The translations under genes were made by a program, and so were the position numbers. A DNA stretch of 63,643 nt, counting the filler, from Calcarisporiella thermophila CBS 279.70 (Eukaryota; Fungi; Calcarisporiellomycota): the NCBI RefSeq assembly GCF_041956535.1. It is 13 parts of 11 records of this genome, joined end to end, with 100 filler letters (N's around TTAATTAATTAA, not from the genome) between each part and the next. Parts side by side here need not be neighbours in the genome. Positions count along the whole stretch, not along the records: positions 35,830 to 38,891 come from NW_027192238.1; positions 38,992 to 45,244 come from NW_027192199.1; positions 45,345 to 47,022 come from NW_027192234.1; positions 47,123 to 51,289 come from NW_027192196.1; 9 more parts are not named here. The stretch is one strand, 5' to 3'. This document shows positions 37,186-47,750 of this stretch, one piece after another (the first letter of the stretch is position 1; every line of letters begins with the position of its first letter). The notes beneath the pieces were generated by a model. That model did not search any database. It worked only from the letters and a program-made list of their open reading frames with translations, and had not been told where the DNA came from.

Positions 37186-38886
37186 TGTTACGGGCAAAAG
37201 GAGTTTTGTGTGGAGGGGTATCCGGATCTTGATAGAAATAAGAGATTTATCTTAATAATTCAGGGAATTGGTGTTGAACATTAAAATAAACCAAAGGATT
37301 TAAATAGAATTGTGATCAAAGGAGAATAATTCTCACTGGTGTTCAAAGATGAGATAGATAAGACAACAAAGTATCAATCAACATCAACAAGATAGCCATG
37401 AGGGAGTATAAGGGTAACCACGAGGGCGGCGAGTAACCATGAGGGGTCGGCAACGTAGCGGTAATCAATTCTATTGGCTGCTCTACTTGAAAGATATCGC
37501 GCTTTCTGAACGTCTTTTTTTTTGATCAATGTTGAGTCTTTATTGTTTGTAAAGACTCTAAAGTACAATGGTTACATTAATAGAAGCAATAAAGTGAAGA
37601 GGTAACTAATGATGAAGCTTAAGGGGATAATTTAGAACGAATTGAAATGGTGGTCATGCCGGATTTCGGCGCAAAAGGTAGAGGAGTGGTGAGATTCAAC
37701 TAGCTGTGTATACCAAAGAATGACGTGAGAGATGGGGTGGAGAGTAAAAAGGAAGTAGAGGGTAGGAAGGAGATAAATTAGGGGTTACTGCATTATCCCA
37801 GTATCAGAGCCGCTCCGATCGTTCCTTCTCTAACCGCGCCCAGTTTGCACCACCTTTTTCGGAACTGTTCAATTTGCTGTTTTTTTTTGTGCTCGTATTA
37901 TTTCGGCTCCTATAGCTTCCTCAATATCTAATCTGGCCCGGTTGATGATTATTTCGGGTGAGACTCGGGTGCTTTCAAAATGGAAGGCAATTCGGTCTCG
38001 GTGGATTTGCCATAACACGGAGTCAAAGACAATTTGGGCTACGTGTCTCGCTGTTCTCGAGGATTCCGTTAGGTCTCCTAAAATGAGGTTGCGAGCAGTC
38101 AGCACCTGAGTATTCTGGGGCCCTGCGATGGTGACGATGCACCTCTCCGCCCATTGCCACACTGGCGTGAGTTCAGGACAATCGAAGAATGTATGGCGAA
38201 TTGTGCCTCTCGAAGCGTTGCATCGGGTGCACTTCGGGTCGTGACCGGGAAATGTCGAGTTAGTGATCACTCGTTCCACAAGAATTCGCCAGCGTAGCGC
38301 ACGGTGCTTTGGGAGAGTGGGGCGTTTGTGAACGAGGGTCCAGATTTTCTTCCAATCCTCGGGCGTAGATCCAGCCTCGGGCCAGGATTGAGGCACCAGT
38401 ATGTTCGGCTCTAAAGAGCCGTTGCGCCTGAAGTGACGTCCATGTCGGGTAGAGTATTCCGCTACGGGCCTGCCGGCCAGGTTGCAATGATAGAGTGGGA
38501 AACAAGGGTGAGAGTGTTGTTGCGGTATATCAGTGCACTCCGTGACCTTTGCAACTAAACTCGGGGGTAGGTTAATATACCCGTAGTCCCTTCTGTGAGA
38601 GTAGCTGCAGTAACGACGGCGACACGCGTTCCTTAGCTTTTCAGTGGGATGCGCAGAGTATCTACGCTCCATTTCCGATTGTCTTCCAATATTCCCGTCA
38701 AATAAAGCCTGAGTATGGAGCGATCTGCACTCGGTTTGTCCTCCCCAGCGTACAAAAGTAAGAATCTCATTGAGCAAGTATGGCGGTGTTGGGGGTTTTG
38801 GCTCCTCCATCTGCCGGCCCGCTTTCTGAATGTCTATGTGACTGCCTCTGTGGCTTCCCCGTACAAGAACCAACTATCTCGTAACA
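37186..38886 (-). mobile_element. Solo LTR (A/B-related) interrupted by a LINE
   Basis: TGTTACG...CGTAACA termini; matches the LTR at 44320 and the 3' end of 62841-63555; flanks ATAC/AAAC. Confidence 0.85.
37516..38819 (-). mobile_element. 5'-truncated L1/Tx1-like LINE with TSD
   Basis: zf-RVT motif CTRC...TIRHTFFDCP, poly(A), TSD CGCTTTCTGAA(C/T)GTCT at 37500-37515 and 38820-38835. Confidence 0.92.
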
Positions 38887-38991
38887 AAACTNNNNNNNNN
38901 NNNNNNNNNNNNNNNNNNNNNNNNNNNNNNNNNNNTTAATTAATTAANNNNNNNNNNNNNNNNNNNNNNNNNNNNNNNNNNNNNNNNNNNN

Positions 38992-39209
38992 CCGCTTTTT
39001 CTAGTACATCCAAGCTACCTCACAATTGATGGAATCGCTTGAGGTCTCTTTCCATTCTGGAGTGATATTCTCTCCTTTGCTTGTCTTGTAGAGCCTCCCG
39101 ATTTTTGTACGGAAGTTCTTGATCTTTGTGCCAGCTAGCACACATTTACCCAGCGGGTCCCTCACTCTTTTTTTTTTTAACAAAGGACCTTTATTGAAAA
39201 GTGTCCTAT
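38992..39209 (-). mobile_element. LINE fragment plus a 42-bp tail-only insertion (39168-39209)
   Basis: CVLAGTKIKNFRTKIGR resembles the other ORF2 C-termini; 18-bp TSD CCAGCGGGTCCCTCACTC at 39150-39167 and 39210-39227. Confidence 0.75.
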
Positions 39210-39219
39210 CCAGCGGGTC

Positions 39220-39548
39220 CCTCACTCCCCGAATCCCAGAGTGACTGCTTACGTGACTTCTCCGTACCAAAAACCAATATCCTCGTAACAATAATGTTAC
39301 AGGCAAAGGGAGATTTCGTGGAGAGCTGTGCGGATTCCTTAATAATAAAAATAAGAGATTGGTGTTTTAATAAAAGACTAATAATAGAACTAGCAATAAT
39401 AATAATAATAATAATATAATGAAACAATAGCTTATCCTCACCTTAATAATAAAAATAAGAGATTGGTAAGGAACAGTAAAACAAAATAGAGGGGTTTAAA
39501 TAGAATTAAGAGATAAAGAAAATAGCTCAACTGGTGTTCAAGGATAAT
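39220..39548 (-). mobile_element. LTR-B 5' end + ATAA + LTR-A 3' half, inverted relative to 44535-45201
   Basis: Reverse-complement match with a few substitutions; the SINE is absent. Confidence 0.85.
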
Positions 39549-42500
39549 TGGTACGGTTCTCCTGTGGAAGACCCAGTGAGTTGGCTTCGGAATTTTGAAC
39601 TCGTTAAAAAGGCCAACGGTTGGTCAGATGAAACCGCTTGTAGCGTTGTTGGCTCTCTGTGTCTGGGAAGTGCAGCCACCTGGTACCAACGTAATGAGTC
39701 CAATATGGATTCTTGGGGCAAGTTTCGTGAAGAGTTCCTGAAATATTATCGGTCAGGTGTGCGGAAGGAGATTTGGAGAACGGCACTACGGACCAAACGT
39801 CAACGAGCAGACGAATCAGTAGATTCGGTTGCGTCCGAAGTTCCAACCCTTCTTGAGAGGCTCGGAATTCATGGAAAGGAAGAGAGAATTCAATACTTCG
39901 TGGATGCTCTACGCCCTGAATTAGCCGCTCAAATTTATCGAACGGAACCACAGACCCTCGAGGCAGCTATTGAGATTGCTCGTCGTGAAGAGTTAATCGA
40001 GTTGCGGAGGAACGGTGGTATTAACGAACAATATCACGGAGGGCAAAGTCTAAATCGTGAGAACTTGGAGATGCAAGGTGGTTACTATCCACATGGGTAC
40101 CCGCCATGGGCAATGCCACCTAACCCTTGGAACATGCCGCCAGGACCGATGCACAGCATGCCGAATGTGTCGGCAGGCCGCCTTAATCCAGTCGAGCCAA
40201 ACAGGTTGGAGAAACGACTAGAAGATTTAACGACAATGGTGGAGTCTCTGGCATTAAACGCGCTTCAATACACTTCTAAAGCCGCTAAGGCGAAGAAAGA
40301 AAGCTCGATCAACAGGCGTGAGAACGATCAAGGCAGACGGTCAGGAAAGAACGTAAAGTGCAGGAGATGCCAAGCCTTTGGACATTATGCGAGCGAGTGT
40401 GAAGCCCCACACCCAGTTCCGCGTCGTCGAGATTCCAAGGAAGAACGTGATAAGGTATCAGTCCCCAAAGCCTCTCCAGTAGTTGGGTCGGATGCTCAGA
40501 CTTCCAATCTACCTGTGAACGCGATGGAATTTATGTTACCAGAAGAGGCCACGGATCTTGATGTGTTGATGGCCGAGCATACGACTACGAGAGTACCAGC
40601 GGAAGAGGTACGAGGAGAAGCTCCTAACCAACAAGTGGGCGGGGGAATGGTGGAATCACCTGCGCTGTCCAGGAGGGAGAATGAAATAGTGAACCCCTCC
40701 GAATTGGATCCAGTCCTGCGCCTGGGAGAAGCGTACTCGATTGCCGAGGATTTGACGACAGTACCGGCAAACATCACGATGGGCCAACTGCTACGCCATT
40801 CTCCTTCAGTACGACAAGAACTTACGAGATTGTTGCACAGGGTCGCTTTTGGAATAAATGCGGTTGACCTGGACGTAGGGTTGGAAGAGGAGGAATGCGA
40901 TATGGACCACTTCACGGCAGCTAGAGGCCAAATCACCATCAATAATCAACCGATCGAGGCCATCTCCGATTCGGGTGCAGCAACAAGCGTTATTACCAAA
41001 GGTCTGTTGCGAAAATTGAAGCTCAGTATTGATCGACCAGTTCACAAGTCGTTATCCACGGTGGGAGGAGGAAAAATACAGACGTTGGGATTGGTAACGA
41101 ATGTACCGATCCAGGTGGAAGGTATCACCGCTCCTGTTGGACTGCTTGTTTTCGATCGAGAGGACGACTGCATAATTCTGGGTAACAACTGGTTCAAGAT
41201 CAACCACGCGTACCCTGACGTCGACCGCGATGAATTAGTAATGCGTAGACCATTCGGGAGGGTAGTGTCACGTTTAGAGTGTATCGACAAGCGACGAACC
41301 TGTGATACGGCCGAATGTTATAGTTTGATGATCGCGGAAGAGCAGCAGGAAAAAGGAAAAGAAGATACAACGTATCTCTCGGCTGACGAACAGGAGAAGC
41401 TGAACGCCTTGTTGGGGGAATATGAGGATATATTCCATGGACTTGGGAGAACTGGAACGGTTGAACACCAGATCGAGACGGGAGATGCCAAGCCCATAAA
41501 GTGCACGCCATACAGAACCACGTGGCAAGACCAACAAATTATCAAGCGAGAGATCGAAGAAATGTTGGAGCAAGGAGTCATTGAACCAGCAATATCCCCT
41601 TGGGCCTTCCCAGTGGTTTTGGTGCGAAAGAAGAACGGGAAGATTCGATTTTGCGTGAATTTCCAAAAGTTGAACGACGTGACGAGCAAAGATACGTATC
41701 CGCTACCGCACATCAACGACATTCTTGACGCCTTACATGGAGCTACGGTGTTTTCGACACTAGATGCGGCCAGTGGATATTGGCAAGTCGCGCTTAAGGA
41801 GGAGGATCGGCCAAAAGCTACGTTTGTAACGAGATATGGTACATATCAATTTCGTGTGATGCCATTTGGTCTATGCAATGCGCCGGCTACCTTCCAACGA
41901 CTTATGGAACACGTTTTGGACGGGATGCTCTGGAAGAATGTAGTTGTCTTCATTGACGACATCAATGTGTATTCCCGGACGTTCGATGAACATGTGGAAC
42001 ACCTTCGTGCAGTATTTCAACGACTTAGAGTGCACAATTTGAAACTAAACCGGGACAAGTGTCGATTCGGGCAGAGGCAACTGAAATATCTGGGACATAC
42101 CATATCAGCAGGAGGTGTAGCTGTGGATGAATCGAAGATGGAGAAGCTGATGTGGATGCCGCGCCCGCAGTCGATAAGGGACGTTAGATGTTTTCTGGGA
42201 CTCGCGAGCTATTACCGACGTTTTATTCCGAAATTCAGTAACATCGCGATGCCGCTGCACCAGTTGACGTCCAAAGATCAGGAGTGGCGATGGAGAGAAG
42301 ATGTTGAAGAACAGGCATACCAAACCTTACGAGCAGCGCTAGTTAAACCACCGGTATTGGCGTATCCTAACCCAGACCTAGACCGGGAATTTCATCTAAT
42401 CACAGACGCAAGTGGTGAAGGATTGGGAGCAATTTTGGAGCAAGAGCAAGATAATGGAGAAAGAAAAGTGATCTCTTATGCCAGCCGAGGGTTACATCGG

Positions 42501-42779
42501 TCCGAGAAGAATTATGCCATAACGGATCTTGAAGCACTAGCCGTGGTGTGGGCTATAGGACATTTCCGGCATTATCTCGCAGGGCGACATTTCTGGCTTC
42601 ACACCGATCACTCGGCCTTGCGATGGGTTTTCCGTTCAGAGAATCCAACAGGAAGGATGGCCAGATGGAGTATTTTTCTCTCCCAGTTCGACTTCACCAC
42701 GAAGCATTGTAGGGGTAATGCCAACCCCGCAGACGGCCTTTCGAGACTTATTCCCGACTCACCCACGATGACGGGATAG
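39534..42779 (+). CDS. Ty3/gypsy gag-pol (capsid, CCHC, protease, RT, RNase H); 5' end replaced by an inverted LTR
   Basis: [44 protein letters not shown] and ADGLSR motifs. Confidence 0.95.
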   Translation: MFKDNWYGSPVEDPVSWLRNFELVKKANGWSDETACSVVGSLCLGSAATWYQRNESNMDSWGKFREEFLKYYRSGVRKEIWRTALRTKRQRADESVDSVASEVPTLLERLGIHGKEERIQYFVDALRPELAAQIYRTEPQTLEAAIEIARREELIELRRNGGINEQYHGGQSLNRENLEMQGGYYPHGYPPWAMPPNPWNMPPGPMHSMPNVSAGRLNPVEPNRLEKRLEDLTTMVESLALNALQYTSKAAKAKKESSINRRENDQGRRSGKNVKCRRCQAFGHYASECEAPHPVPRRRDSKEERDKVSVPKASPVVGSDAQTSNLPVNAMEFMLPEEATDLDVLMAEHTTTRVPAEEVRGEAPNQQVGGGMVESPALSRRENEIVNPSELDPVLRLGEAYSIAEDLTTVPANITMGQLLRHSPSVRQELTRLLHRVAFGINAVDLDVGLEEEECDMDHFTAARGQITINNQPIEAISDSGAATSVITKGLLRKLKLSIDRPVHKSLSTVGGGKIQTLGLVTNVPIQVEGITAPVGLLVFDREDDCIILGNNWFKINHAYPDVDRDELVMRRPFGRVVSRLECIDKRRTCDTAECYSLMIAEEQQEKGKEDTTYLSADEQEKLNALLGEYEDIFHGLGRTGTVEHQIETGDAKPIKCTPYRTTWQDQQIIKREIEEMLEQGVIEPAISPWAFPVVLVRKKNGKIRFCVNFQKLNDVTSKDTYPLPHINDILDALHGATVFSTLDAASGYWQVALKEEDRPKATFVTRYGTYQFRVMPFGLCNAPATFQRLMEHVLDGMLWKNVVVFIDDINVYSRTFDEHVEHLRAVFQRLRVHNLKLNRDKCRFGQRQLKYLGHTISAGGVAVDESKMEKLMWMPRPQSIRDVRCFLGLASYYRRFIPKFSNIAMPLHQLTSKDQEWRWREDVEEQAYQTLRAALVKPPVLAYPNPDLDREFHLITDASGEGLGAILEQEQDNGERKVISYASRGLHRSEKNYAITDLEALAVVWAIGHFRHYLAGRHFWLHTDHSALRWVFRSENPTGRMARWSIFLSQFDFTTKHCRGNANPADGLSRLIPDSPTMTG

Positions 42780-42904
42780 CGGCACTAGCAAGGACGACAC
42801 TTGAGGGACAAGGCCATTATAGACACGGTTTAATCGCTAAGGACAACGGTTCAGGATTTGACGGTTTTGACGATAATTCACTCGATTTACATCTATTTAC
42901 AACT

Positions 42905-44263
42905 ATGGAACAAGCTAAATATTATTCGATATATAACTATTTGAACAGCAAGACATACCCAATAGACGCGAACGATAAAACCAAGCAACAAGTGCGAAGC
43001 TGGGCAAGACCATACGCAATACGAGACGGTCGCCTGGTCAAGAGGAAATATACTGCTATACCAATCGAGTTACTACGCGAGGACAATGCCCGAGACGTCG
43101 TGGAGCGGGTTCACGCAGAAGGACACTTTGGCATCAACAATACGTGGAATAGAGTCCGCATTCGTTACGATGCCCCAAATTTATTCAATCTTGTACGGGA
43201 CGTGGTGACGAGGTGCGATACTTGTCAAAGGAGGCGACGACGAGGACCACGTCAGGCCGAGCTTCACCCAATGCTAATTCCTCCGCAACCTATGGAGATT
43301 ATGGGTATCGACGCTGCAGGGCCGCTACCACAAACTAAGAAGGGAAATCGGTACATTCTAGTAGCAGTAGACATGTTGAGTGGGTGGCCGATTGCAAGAG
43401 CAGTATCAAACATCACGACAGAAACAACTATCGATTTCCTTATCGCGGATGTTGTCTCGATATATGGGTGCCCGAAGCGACTTGTCTCCGATCAAGGTTC
43501 CAATTTTACCGGAGAACTCGTGCAGCAGTTTTTAAGGCGGTTGGAGATCCACCCGACACCAACTTCAGCATACCGACCAGAAGCAAACGGAAAGGTAGAG
43601 CGCATGAACCAGACTCTCAAGGCGACAATCGCGAAGATGTCACGTGGAAGGACTGATTGGGACGACGCACTACCATTGGCACTCATGGCTATTCGAGCAA
43701 AGCGACATGAAGCAACAGGATATAGCCCCTATGAAGTGTTATTCGGTATGCCGATGGTAACGCCAGCCCTTTGGACACCGCGAACAGAAGAAGAGGTTTT
43801 GGGAGGAGATCCCTCGGAGGCAGTTATACCACGCTTGGAAGTAATTAAGTCGACTTTAGGCGAGGTACGAGAGACAGCAGCTCAAAACTTAAGGTCAAGT
43901 CAGCTTAGAGCAGCTGCTAGATATAACAAGCGAGTAAAGAAGGTGACATTTCGACCCGGAGATCAAGTGATGGTTTATGACGAGACACCAGAGTCAACTT
44001 TCCATAATCGCTGGTTTGGACCGTTAACAATAACTCGGAGAGCAGGGTCTGACAGGTATCATTTGAGTCGACAAGGAAGAGAATTAACCATTCCAGTCCA
44101 TGCGGACCGTCTGCAACATTACATTCCTCCAGTATCAAGGCGACCGATTCCTAGTGTCATGGCAGCTACGTCGAAGGATACCACAGAGCCGCTAAGTCAG
44201 TCGAGGAAAACGATTAGGAGTATGTTAGCTCCGAGTGGACGGAAAAGAAGGGAGGACATTTGA
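42905..44263 (+). CDS. Ty3/gypsy integrase (HHCC, DDE, GPY/F-like end, no chromodomain)
   Basis: H..GHFG, CDTCQ, GIDAAGP, SDQGSNF, NGKVERMN and WFGP motifs; lies in a different frame from pol. Confidence 0.95.
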   Translation: MEQAKYYSIYNYLNSKTYPIDANDKTKQQVRSWARPYAIRDGRLVKRKYTAIPIELLREDNARDVVERVHAEGHFGINNTWNRVRIRYDAPNLFNLVRDVVTRCDTCQRRRRRGPRQAELHPMLIPPQPMEIMGIDAAGPLPQTKKGNRYILVAVDMLSGWPIARAVSNITTETTIDFLIADVVSIYGCPKRLVSDQGSNFTGELVQQFLRRLEIHPTPTSAYRPEANGKVERMNQTLKATIAKMSRGRTDWDDALPLALMAIRAKRHEATGYSPYEVLFGMPMVTPALWTPRTEEEVLGGDPSEAVIPRLEVIKSTLGEVRETAAQNLRSSQLRAAARYNKRVKKVTFRPGDQVMVYDETPESTFHNRWFGPLTITRRAGSDRYHLSRQGRELTIPVHADRLQHYIPPVSRRPIPSVMAATSKDTTEPLSQSRKTIRSMLAPSGRKRREDI

Positions 44264-44319
44264 GGAAGGGTAGCGCTGCGAAAAGTCGGTCAGGAGCCTC
44301 GACTTAACCAAGGGGGAGA

Positions 44320-45126
44320 TGTTACGAGATAATTGGTTTTTGTACGGGGAAGTCACAGAGGCAGTCACATAGGCATTCAGGAAGCGCGATATCTTTAAAG
44401 TGGAGCAGCCAATAGAATTGTTTACCGCTACGTTGCCGACCTTTCGTGGTTACTCGCCGCCCTCGTGGTTACTCTTATGCTCCCTCGTGGTTACTTTGTT
44501 GAGGTTGATTGCTATTTTGTTGGTTTATCTTTGTTTATCCTTGAACACCAGTTGAGCTATTTCCTTTATCTCTTAATTCTATTTAAACCTCTCTATTTTG
44601 TTTTACTGTTCCTCACCAATCTCTTATTTTTATTATTAAGGTGAGGATAAGCTATTATTTCATTATATTATTATTATTATTATTATTATTATTAGTCTTT
44701 TATTAAAACACCAATCTCTTATTTTTTTTTTATCAATCAATGGAAACTTTTATTTAATTTCCATATATTACATGAAGTTAATGTCAATGGACTTGACATA
44801 ACGAGATATAGGTCCTTGATCGATAGACTTTCAATCGATATGTGTGTATCGTAGTTGACGTGAATAGCATGTATGTGAAACCAATGTAATCGTTGTACTT
44901 ATCGTAAGGGCGATCTTTTCAATAATCAAGACTCAGCTTCTGATCAAGTGGATAGCAGTCACAAACTAAGAGTAAGTGCTGGTGGGGGAAGTGGGATTCG
45001 AACCCACGCCGTTCTCGTCGGCATACCAGGGATAATCCACTACACTAACCCTCCCCCACCAATCTCTTATTTTTATTATTAAGGAATCCGCACAGCTCTC
45101 CACGAAATCTCCCTTTGCCTGTAACA
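44320..45126 (+). mobile_element. 3' LTR (family A) preceded by PPT, containing a SINE
   Basis: PPT AAGGGGGAGA at 44310-44319; TGTTAC...GTAACA termini. Confidence 0.92.
44722..45056 (-). mobile_element. SINE family 1, full-length copy
   Basis: TSD CACCAATCTCTTA at 44709 and 45057; the empty site is visible in the inverted copy near 39360. Confidence 0.93.
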
Positions 45127-45130
45127 TTAT

Positions 45131-45244
45131 TGTTACGAGGATATTGGTTTTTGGTACGGAGAAGTCACGTAAGCAGTCACTCTGGGATTCGGGGAGTGAG
45201 GTGGCGGTCTTTAATGTAGGCCGGTTCACCCGACGACATCACAT
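45131..45244 (+). mobile_element. LTR family B, 5' part (at contig edge)
   Basis: Matches 62841-62910 joined to 63265 onward; separated from LTR-A by TTAT. Confidence 0.88.
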
Positions 45245-45344
45245 NNNNNNNNNNNNNNNNNNNNNNNNNNNNNNNNNNNNNNNNNNNNTTAATTAATTAA
45301 NNNNNNNNNNNNNNNNNNNNNNNNNNNNNNNNNNNNNNNNNNNN

Positions 45345-47022
45345 GACGTTCCGTGATGTTAACGTACACCACCCAACCAATATTGCAACGTTTAAGGTGA
45401 ACGGTAAAGAATATAGGTTCACACACATCGACGATGCTGGAGGAAAAGCACTGCCAGGCATCTCGACCATATCCGCAATGCAAGCAAAGCGTGTACTCAA
45501 GAAGGGAGAGCAGATGTATGCTATGGTAGTAACCGATACAGGGGAACAAAAACCAGTAGATGCGCAGCCTCCGCCTCCTGAGATACAAGGCTTGTTGAAT
45601 GAATTCAAGGATGTGTTTCCGGAATCATTGCCGGCTGGATTGCCTCCTCAAAGAGCAGTGGATCACCGGATTGAACTCATCCCAGGCACAGAGCCGCCAG
45701 CTAGGGCTCCATACCGAATGAGCCAGCCAGAGCTACAAGAACTGAAACGACAGATTGATGAATTGCTGGAGAAAGAATTCATCAAACCATCCACATCACC
45801 ATATGGAGCACCGGTGATATTTGCGCCAAAACGTGATGGAACGTTACGACTTTGCACCGATTATCGAGCACTTAACAAGGCAACTATCAAGAATCGATAC
45901 CCATTGCCGCGCATTGACGATTTGCTGGATCAACTTCATGGTGCCAAATATTTCACGCGCATAGATCTGAGGCAAGGTTATCATCAGATTCGTGTCGCTT
46001 CCGAGGACACACACAAGACGGCCTTCAGAACGCGCTATGGATCATATGAATATTTGGTTCTTCCTTTTGGACTATGCAACGCACCAGCAACGTTCATGAG
46101 ATTAATGAATGAGACGTTTGCACCTTTTCTGGATAAGTGTGTTCTTGTATATTTGGACGATATTCTAATATACAGCAAGAATTATCAGGAGCATTTGACA
46201 CATATCCGAAAAGTACTAGAGATCCTGCAAAAGAATAAGCTGTATGCTAAACTGCAAAAGTGCGAATTCGCCAAAACGTCGGTGGAATTTTTGGGTCACG
46301 TCATAACGGGAGAGGGGATTGCAACTGACAGTAAAAAGACCGATGCGATCTCGGAGTGGCCTACGCCCAAGTCAGTCACAGAGTTGCGTTCATTCTTGGG
46401 TCTTTGCAACTTCTACCTACGATTTGTCAAAGGGTTCGCCAGAATTGCAGCACCACTGACCAGTGCACTCAGTAACACCACAGATCTCAAGTGGACGCCG
46501 GAGTGTCAACAAGCTTTCAACAAATTAAAAGAGGCATTGACACAGACACCAATATTATCACCACCTGACTATGAGAAAGGTTTTGAGATATACGCAGACG
46601 CGTCAGATTTTGCAGTGGGAGCAGTGTTATGTCAGCAAAATGATGAGGGAGTTCCACGACCTATTGCGTTTATGTCAAAGAAGTTGACACGGACACAACG
46701 TCGATATGAAACACACGATAAGGAATTATTGGCAATCAAAATTGCGTTGGAAATGTGGAGACATTATGTAGAAGGCAGAGAACTAACGATTTACTCTGAT
46801 AACACTAGCCTTGGTACAGTAATGTCTCGCCCCAACCTAACAAAGCGCCAGACAAGGTGGACAGGCCAACTTCAAGCTTTTAATGCAAAGATACAATACA
46901 TCAAAGGCAAGTACAACACAGTAGCAGATGCACTGTCGAGGAGACCAGACCATATAATTGCTGCTATAAGCACAACTCAAATCAGCGATCAGGTACTCAA
47001 CCGTATCAGAAAGGGCTATAGC
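45345..47022 (+). CDS. Ty3/gypsy pol fragment (RT-RNase H), partial at both ends
   Basis: [26 protein letters not shown] and ADALSR motifs. Confidence 0.93.
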
Positions 47023-47122
47023 NNNNNNNNNNNNNNNNNNNNNNNNNNNNNNNNNNNNNNNNNNNNTTAATTAATTAANNNNNNNNNNNNNNNNNNNNNN
47101 NNNNNNNNNNNNNNNNNNNNNN

Positions 47123-47344
47123 AACATGTCAATCTTCGGGATTGCTGGATCCAATTTACGCGCTCACGACGCACGCAAGATAGGTGCAACTCTCGCATTA
47201 AGAGGATTCGACGTAGACACGGTGGTAACACTAGGAAACTGGGCATCGTCATCCACCTTCGACCTCTTCTACAGAAGAGATCGAGCGTTCAATGCAGATA
47301 TCACCAGTGTAATCCTCTCGACCAACCGCGAGAACACACAGTAA
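47123..47344 (+). CDS. Tyrosine recombinase C-terminus of a DIRS/Ngaro-type element (partial)
   Basis: RAHDARK (HxxR) and GNWASSSTFDLFY (W and catalytic Y). Confidence 0.85.
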   Translation, partial: NMSIFGIAGSNLRAHDARKIGATLALRGFDVDTVVTLGNWASSSTFDLFYRRDRAFNADITSVILSTNRENTQ

Positions 47345-47353
47345 GGCCCTCTG

Positions 47354-47669
47354 CATCATCCTGAAGCGTGGACTGCTGACAAAGTCCGCAGTCCACGCTT
47401 CACTTCCCTCCCCTCAAAATTTTCTATTTTTTTTTTTATTATTTTTGAAATAATTTTTTTTTTGTTTGATTTATTTCCCTCCCCTCTTCTTGGAACGGCC
47501 GAGGAAACATCTCCTTGGTCGATTCATATTTATAGCAAAATCACGTTCAGATTATCGTACGATTTTTTTTTTTTTGGTTACGTTTTCTTTATTCTTTGTA
47601 CCAGCTCATTTTATCCAATAAATCGGCCTCATCATCCTGAAGCGTGGACTGCTGACAAAGTCCGCAGTC
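47354..47669 (+). repeat. 40-bp direct repeat after the YR; the first copy is part of a 15-bp-stem hairpin
   Basis: CATCATCCTGAAGCGTGGACTGCTGACAAAGTCCGCAGTC at 47354 and 47630. Confidence 0.85.
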
Positions 47670-47750
47670 TATTTCGAAAAATTACCACTTGAGGAGCCAG
47701 TAAGTCAATTTCACCTATCAAACCACGACCTACAGGCATTAGACAAAGCA

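Noticed and set aside
47354-47402. Hammerhead ribozyme in the DIRS repeat
   Set aside because: No CUGAnGA/GAAA core on either strand.
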